A stretch of DNA of 59,588 bases from a virus (taxonomy: Duplodnaviria > Caudoviricetes): positions 1 to 59,588 of the IMG/VR virus record IMGVR_UViG_3300035195_000305; one strand, written 5' to 3'. Below the pieces are notes generated by a model, which was not told where the DNA came from, did not search any database, and saw nothing but the letters and a program-made list of their open reading frames with translations. The position numbers and the translations under genes were made by a program. This document shows positions 56,151-59,588 of this stretch, piece by piece. How positions within the stretch are numbered: the first letter of the stretch is position 1; each line of letters starts with the position of its first letter.

Positions 56151-56393
56151 TTAAACTCCTTTTGGTAAATATACTTTGCAATTAGGTTCTAATGGTATAT
56201 GGTTTTCATCTAATTCGGTTATTATACTGGTAAATAGTGTTATACTCTCATCACTATCATCCCACACCTCAATGTTATTGAAGATAATATCAAAATCCTC
56301 ATCTTCTCCATTGGTTCTATTTCCTAATAAATGTATATACTTATTTGGGTTTTCTATTTTTTTCAGTTCTGCAATTAAATCTTTTACTATCAT
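56151..56393 (-). CDS. Hypothetical protein
   Basis: 80 aa; MIVKDLIAELKK. Confidence 0.7.
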   Translation of the reverse strand: MIVKDLIAELKKIENPNKYIHLLGNRTNGEDEDFDIIFNNIEVWDDSDESITLFTSIITELDENHIPLEPNCKVYLPKGV

Positions 56394-56395
56394 AT

Positions 56396-56587
56396 CTATT
56401 TATTTTTTTTAGGTTTTACAAAATAAGTTTCAATCCATTCTTTACTTTGCTTTAAATTTTTTTCTTTTTCAGTATACCCACTATATTTAAAGTAGGTATC
56501 TAAATCTATAAGGTTTTCTAAGTAAAGTTTATCTATCAATCTCCTATCATCTATTGTCTTTATTATATTTAATATATCTTCTTTCAT
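56396..56587 (-). CDS. Hypothetical protein
   Basis: 63 aa, flanked by 21-nt junction repeats. Confidence 0.7.
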   Translation of the reverse strand: MKEDILNIIKTIDDRRLIDKLYLENLIDLDTYFKYSGYTEKEKNLKQSKEWIETYFVKPKKNK

Positions 56588-56589
56588 AT

Positions 56590-56778
56590 CTATTTATTTT
56601 TTTTACTGGTATCAAATCCAAGATCTTTTTGTAATTCTAAAGTTCTCTTTTCTAAGTATTCTATATATTCCATAAACACTTTTACATAATACTTTTTATC
56701 AGTTGTTAGTTCCTCAAGAAATCCACTATTAAAATAGTTAAATCCATCATCTACTTTGTCTATTAATTTATCTTTCAT
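56590..56778 (-). CDS. Hypothetical protein
   Basis: 62 aa. Confidence 0.7.
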   Translation of the reverse strand: MKDKLIDKVDDGFNYFNSGFLEELTTDKKYYVKVFMEYIEYLEKRTLELQKDLGFDTSKKNK

Positions 56779-56783
56779 ATTAT

Positions 56784-56930
56784 TTAATTTAATTTTTCAA
56801 ATTCTTTTATTAAGATATTTTCTTCATTATCTGATAACCTCATTAATCCCATTGTATATAAATTTTTTAATTCAAGGAGAGTAGGAGTATATCCAAACTG
56901 CTTAACATATCTTTTTACTATTGCTTTCAT
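56784..56930 (-). CDS. 48-aa hypothetical protein (not in ORF track)
   Basis: MKAIVKRYVKQFGYTPTLLELKNLYTMGLMRLSDNEENILIKEFEKLN fills gap. Confidence 0.7.
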   Translation of the reverse strand: MKAIVKRYVKQFGYTPTLLELKNLYTMGLMRLSDNEENILIKEFEKLN

Positions 56931-56931
56931 A

Positions 56932-57384
56932 TTATTTTATTTTAATTGTATAAAATTCTCCAGTAGGGCTATCGTGGTGGGATATTCTTACTTTATATTC
57001 CCTATCTTTTACTTTTTCTATTTTATAAGTTAAATCACATTCAGGAGCAATTTTATAAAACATATCTTCTCCTCTTCTTAATGTAAATTGTTTATGTCCG
57101 GTTCTATTTCTCCATCCCATATTTCTACCCTCAACAAATACTTCTTCATCTACATATTCCATAAATTCATCATTTAAATCGTATAAGAATTGTTCTTTGT
57201 GTATTTCAAATACATATATATCATTATAAAAATGATCCTCAATTTCATCTTTTGTTATTGTTAAAGGGTCTCTATCCTCATCATTTAAGATACTTACTGC
57301 AAATTCTTGCTTATCTTTTTGAAAGAATTCAATCTCATCCATTAAGAATTGACCCTCATCATATTGTGTTCTCCAGTTTTCCAT
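56932..57384 (-). CDS. Hypothetical early protein
   Basis: 150 aa; MGWRNRTG...SHHDSPTGE. Confidence 0.8.
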   Translation of the reverse strand: MENWRTQYDEGQFLMDEIEFFQKDKQEFAVSILNDEDRDPLTITKDEIEDHFYNDIYVFEIHKEQFLYDLNDEFMEYVDEEVFVEGRNMGWRNRTGHKQFTLRRGEDMFYKIAPECDLTYKIEKVKDREYKVRISHHDSPTGEFYTIKIK

Positions 57385-57419
57385 AATTTTGTTTATTTAA
57401 TTTAATTTAATTTAGGGTG

Positions 57420-57451
57420 CTAAAATAAGTAATACTTTTTAATTACACAAG
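57420..57451 (-). promoter_or_regulatory. Promoter CTTG-N20-TATTTTAG
   Basis: Near-consensus -33/-7 boxes; overlapped by inverted repeat AGTAATACTT/AAGTATTACT. Confidence 0.55.
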
Positions 57452-57480
57452 TATTACTGGTTATTTATTTTTTATTACTT

Positions 57481-57714
57481 TTACATACTTGTTAAGCATT
57501 TAGGACAAAAGGCGTGTAAATCAGTATATTCTATATCTTTTTTACAATTCCAACATTGCTCCTTATGTATAATTGTTGTACCCTCAAGATCTTTTTTTGC
57601 TATCTCTAAATACATTTTATCAATATCATCAATTCCTATATTTATAAATTCATTAATATGGTTTTGGTATACATTCAGTATTCTTACTAAATCTTTCTTT
57701 TTAAAGTCTATCAT
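57481..57714 (-). CDS. Hypothetical protein with C-terminal zinc ribbon
   Basis: CWNC...CPKC. Confidence 0.7.
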   Translation of the reverse strand: MIDFKKKDLVRILNVYQNHINEFINIGIDDIDKMYLEIAKKDLEGTTIIHKEQCWNCKKDIEYTDLHAFCPKCLTSM

Positions 57715-57715
57715 C

Positions 57716-57901
57716 TTATTTAATTTTTATGTTTATCTCAAAATTATCATCTATATCTAATCCAAATACACTATTTATTTCATCTTGTATTAAATCTTGT
57801 ACTTCAAAATTATGCTCATATTCAGATAATAACTTTAAATCTATTAATTTATCTATGCATCTTATTGCAATATCTCTTGTATCATCATAGGTTATCCTCA
57901 T
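57716..57901 (-). CDS. Hypothetical protein
   Basis: Start at MRITYD preferred (1 nt after upstream stop). Confidence 0.65.
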   Translation of the reverse strand: MRITYDDTRDIAIRCIDKLIDLKLLSEYEHNFEVQDLIQDEINSVFGLDIDDNFEINIKIK

Positions 57902-57902
57902 C

Positions 57903-58109
57903 TTATTTAATTTTATAGTATTCAATAAGTAAAGAGTCGTTCTTCACTTGGTATTCGTTATACAATTTATTCATCTCATAATCAATTTTACTTCTTTGGT
58001 GTAATTGCTCATCAGATAGTTTATTCATCATTCCACAACTGGATAAACAAATTAATATCAGTATGCTGAAAATTATTTCAGCTACATTATTTTCTATTTT
58101 ATCTTTCAT
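57903..58109 (-). CDS. Putative lipoprotein
   Basis: Hydrophobic signal IIFSILILICLSS^C lipobox. Confidence 0.7.
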   Translation of the reverse strand: MKDKIENNVAEIIFSILILICLSSCGMMNKLSDEQLHQRSKIDYEMNKLYNEYQVKNDSLLIEYYKIK

Positions 58110-58296
58110 AATTAAAGTATTTTATTGCTTCCGTTAAATTTAAGTAGTATGTTTCCCATCCATCAACAAAACAATTTACTTCCCATTCATTCTCATTCAA
58201 TCTTATTACTTCCTTTGTAGACAATAGCATCCTAACATTTTTATGCTCTCCCATTGTCATACTTAGTAATCTATTTTTTATTTGTTCTTCTTTCAT
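58099..58296 (-). CDS. Hypothetical protein
   Basis: Start at MKEEQ preferred (2 nt after upstream stop). Confidence 0.65.
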   Translation of the reverse strand: MKEEQIKNRLLSMTMGEHKNVRMLLSTKEVIRLNENEWEVNCFVDGWETYYLNLTEAIKYFNYER

Positions 58297-58298
58297 AA

Positions 58299-58571
58299 TT
58301 ATTTCTTTAGATCTTTTTTTCCCTCTATAAATTCTTTTAATATCATCCATTCACTAACTTTTAAATCATCTGTTAGTAGTTGCCCTATTGAAGTGGCAAA
58401 ATCATAACTTATACTTTCATTTGTATTCATTATTTCTCTCCTTAATTTTGGAAAGTGTTCCGACATTATCTCAAAATCTCCATATTCAATATCTTGCTCA
58501 TCTTTCATTTTTACCCTTAAATTTCTCTTTAAGTGGTTTATTTTTTCTGAAATTTCTCTTGCTTTTTGCAT
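58299..58571 (-). CDS. Hypothetical early protein
   Basis: 90 aa; starts 27 nt after predicted hammerhead cut. Confidence 0.75.
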   Translation of the reverse strand: MQKAREISEKINHLKRNLRVKMKDEQDIEYGDFEIMSEHFPKLRREIMNTNESISYDFATSIGQLLTDDLKVSEWMILKEFIEGKKDLKK

Positions 58572-58592
58572 AATATATTTATTTATTTATTT

Positions 58593-58646
58593 GTATTAGA
58601 CTGGAAATTCTTCCAGTTTCGCATATTAAATGCTCATCAGTAATAC
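58593..58646 (-). ncRNA. Type I hammerhead ribozyme HH-B
   Basis: GUAUUA CUGAUGA GCAU-UUAAU-AUGC GAA ACUGGAA-GAAU-UUCCAGU C^UAAUAC: full core and three perfect stems. Confidence 0.93.
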
Positions 58647-58650
58647 TATT

Positions 58651-58866
58651 CTAAAGCCAATATAAGGTCGTTTCTAAATAGTCAGGAATGCACCAGTCGT
58701 TCGCATCCTCCTCGCTGATTTGTCCGGCTTTTTGGTAGTCATCCATCAAATTATTATATTCTTCTCTTCTTGCCGGTCGGTCTGGTATTCCATCTTGTTC
58801 GTATTGTTGTGCGATTAGTGGCAAAATCTCCATTTTAAAATAATTGTTAAATTCTTTTTGTTTCAT
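58651..58866 (-). CDS. Hypothetical early protein
   Basis: 71 aa; DRPARREEYNNLMD...GQISE...W; stop 4 nt before hammerhead. Confidence 0.8.
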   Translation of the reverse strand: MKQKEFNNYFKMEILPLIAQQYEQDGIPDRPARREEYNNLMDDYQKAGQISEEDANDWCIPDYLETTLYWL

Positions 58867-58920
58867 TTTCTTTGGTTTTGTGGGGGGATTTCTCCCCCCT
58901 ATTAATATTAATTTATTTTT

Positions 58921-59304
58921 TTAGTCGTTGTATTTTTGCTGAAGTTTTATGATATGTAAAGCCATAAAATTCCAGTAGTTTTTAAGTACTGCATCTTCCC
59001 AACTTTTTTTAGTCTCCCCCTCTATCTCTTGCAAATCTTTTGCGAGTGCTAAAATATCTACATTATAAAAAGGGATATCTATACAAGATGGTAAACCGGA
59101 CAACCATTCCCCGACTCTTTCCTGATAATTTGGCGTTCTTCTTCTTAAGTTCTCGCAGTCGTACTCCTTAAAAAAGCAGTCTAAAACGAATTGAAATTTT
59201 TGTTTTGAGGTCTTTACGTTTACGTTGTAGCCCTCTCCAGTAATTGCATCAGTTAAAAATGTTTCCATATTTAATAGATATTTTTTTGTGTTTGTTCTTA
59301 ACAT
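58921..59304 (-). CDS. First early gene, hypothetical protein
   Basis: 127 aa; EWLSGLPSCIDIPFYN. Confidence 0.8.
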   Translation of the reverse strand: MLRTNTKKYLLNMETFLTDAITGEGYNVNVKTSKQKFQFVLDCFFKEYDCENLRRRTPNYQERVGEWLSGLPSCIDIPFYNVDILALAKDLQEIEGETKKSWEDAVLKNYWNFMALHIIKLQQKYND

Positions 59305-59346
59305 TTTTTTGTGTATTAAATTATTATTATTTGTTTATTTCTTGGG

Positions 59347-59354
59347 CAAAGATA
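59347..59354 (-). promoter_or_regulatory. -7 box TATCTTTG, first leftward (early) promoter
   Basis: CAAAGATA on + strand, 42 nt upstream of first early ATG. Confidence 0.7.
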
Positions 59355-59440
59355 GTTTAATTCTTTTTAATAATCCTAATAAAAAACAAAGTATTTTTGT
59401 CCCAATATGAAATTAATTTGTAAGTCGTTGTTATTCAGTA

Positions 59441-59588
59441 GGTTACAGAGGTAAATTTTTTGTGTTTTCTTGGTGTTTTGTTTATGTTTTGGGGGGTTCG
59501 TGGGGGTGTTAAGGTGAACCTCTTCACCTCTTAATGATCTTTTTTAGTTCTTTAAGTGGGGGAAGGGGTGCGAGTATTGGGGGAAGGT
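59441..59588 (+). repeat. Terminal direct repeat, right copy
   Basis: 147/148 identity to 1-148. Confidence 0.97.

Larger units (their letters stand above)
1..59588. mobile_element. Complete lytic-type dsDNA tailed phage genome (podovirus-like), probable Bacteroidota host
   Basis: Terminal repeat; full terminase-portal-scaffold-capsid-tail-ejection module; primase/helicase module; TAnnTTTG promoters; no integrase recognised. Confidence 0.95.

Noticed and set aside
58008-58015. Other CTGATGAG matches (58008 and 51048 on -, 26726 and 38569 on +)
   Set aside because: All lie within CDSs and lack a stem II-GAAA-stem III arrangement
1-59588. CRISPR array, tRNA genes, DGR/reverse transcriptase, integrase, introns/inteins, stop-codon reassignment
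   Set aside because: No regularly spaced repeats, cloverleaves or RT/integrase motifs seen; core genes are uninterrupted and all three stop codons end genes normally. This was by eye only, so tRNAscan-SE and Infernal should confirm

Overview
This looks like a complete, circularly permuted or terminally redundant dsDNA tailed phage genome of 59,440 unique bp. Bases 1-148 recur at 59441-59588 with one mismatch. The host is very probably Bacteroidota (Flavobacteria-like): TAnnTTTG promoter boxes precede many genes, and leaders are A-rich and lack Shine-Dalgarno motifs. The + strand block (about 394-45040) carries GroEL/GroES, a swarm of tiny Lys/Arg-rich genes, lysis genes, a tail fibre, two 2OG-Fe(II) oxygenases, a flavin-dependent halogenase-like enzyme, terminase, portal, scaffold, capsid, podovirus-type tail/stabilisation proteins and ejection proteins including a 2404-aa protein. 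The - strand block (about 45015-59304) carries many small early genes and a replication/recombination module (Sak-like annealase, PD-(D/E)XK exonuclease, SSB-like protein, primase-helicase, SNF2-like helicase, VRR-NUC, HNH, two DnaA-domain-IV-like proteins). I recognise no DNA polymerase, RNA polymerase, integrase or tRNA. Three signals stand out. (1) Two complete type I hammerhead ribozymes (54499-54552 and 58593-58646, - strand) have identical geometry but covarying stems and sit exactly in gene junctions of the early transcript. (2) A 51-aa 'MPFKSQAQR' gene is overprinted inside the giant virion protein gene. (3) Two homologous origin-like AT-rich elements with near-identical internal spacing lie upstream of groEL and of the primase-helicase. 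All functional calls come from motif recognition by eye; no database search was run.
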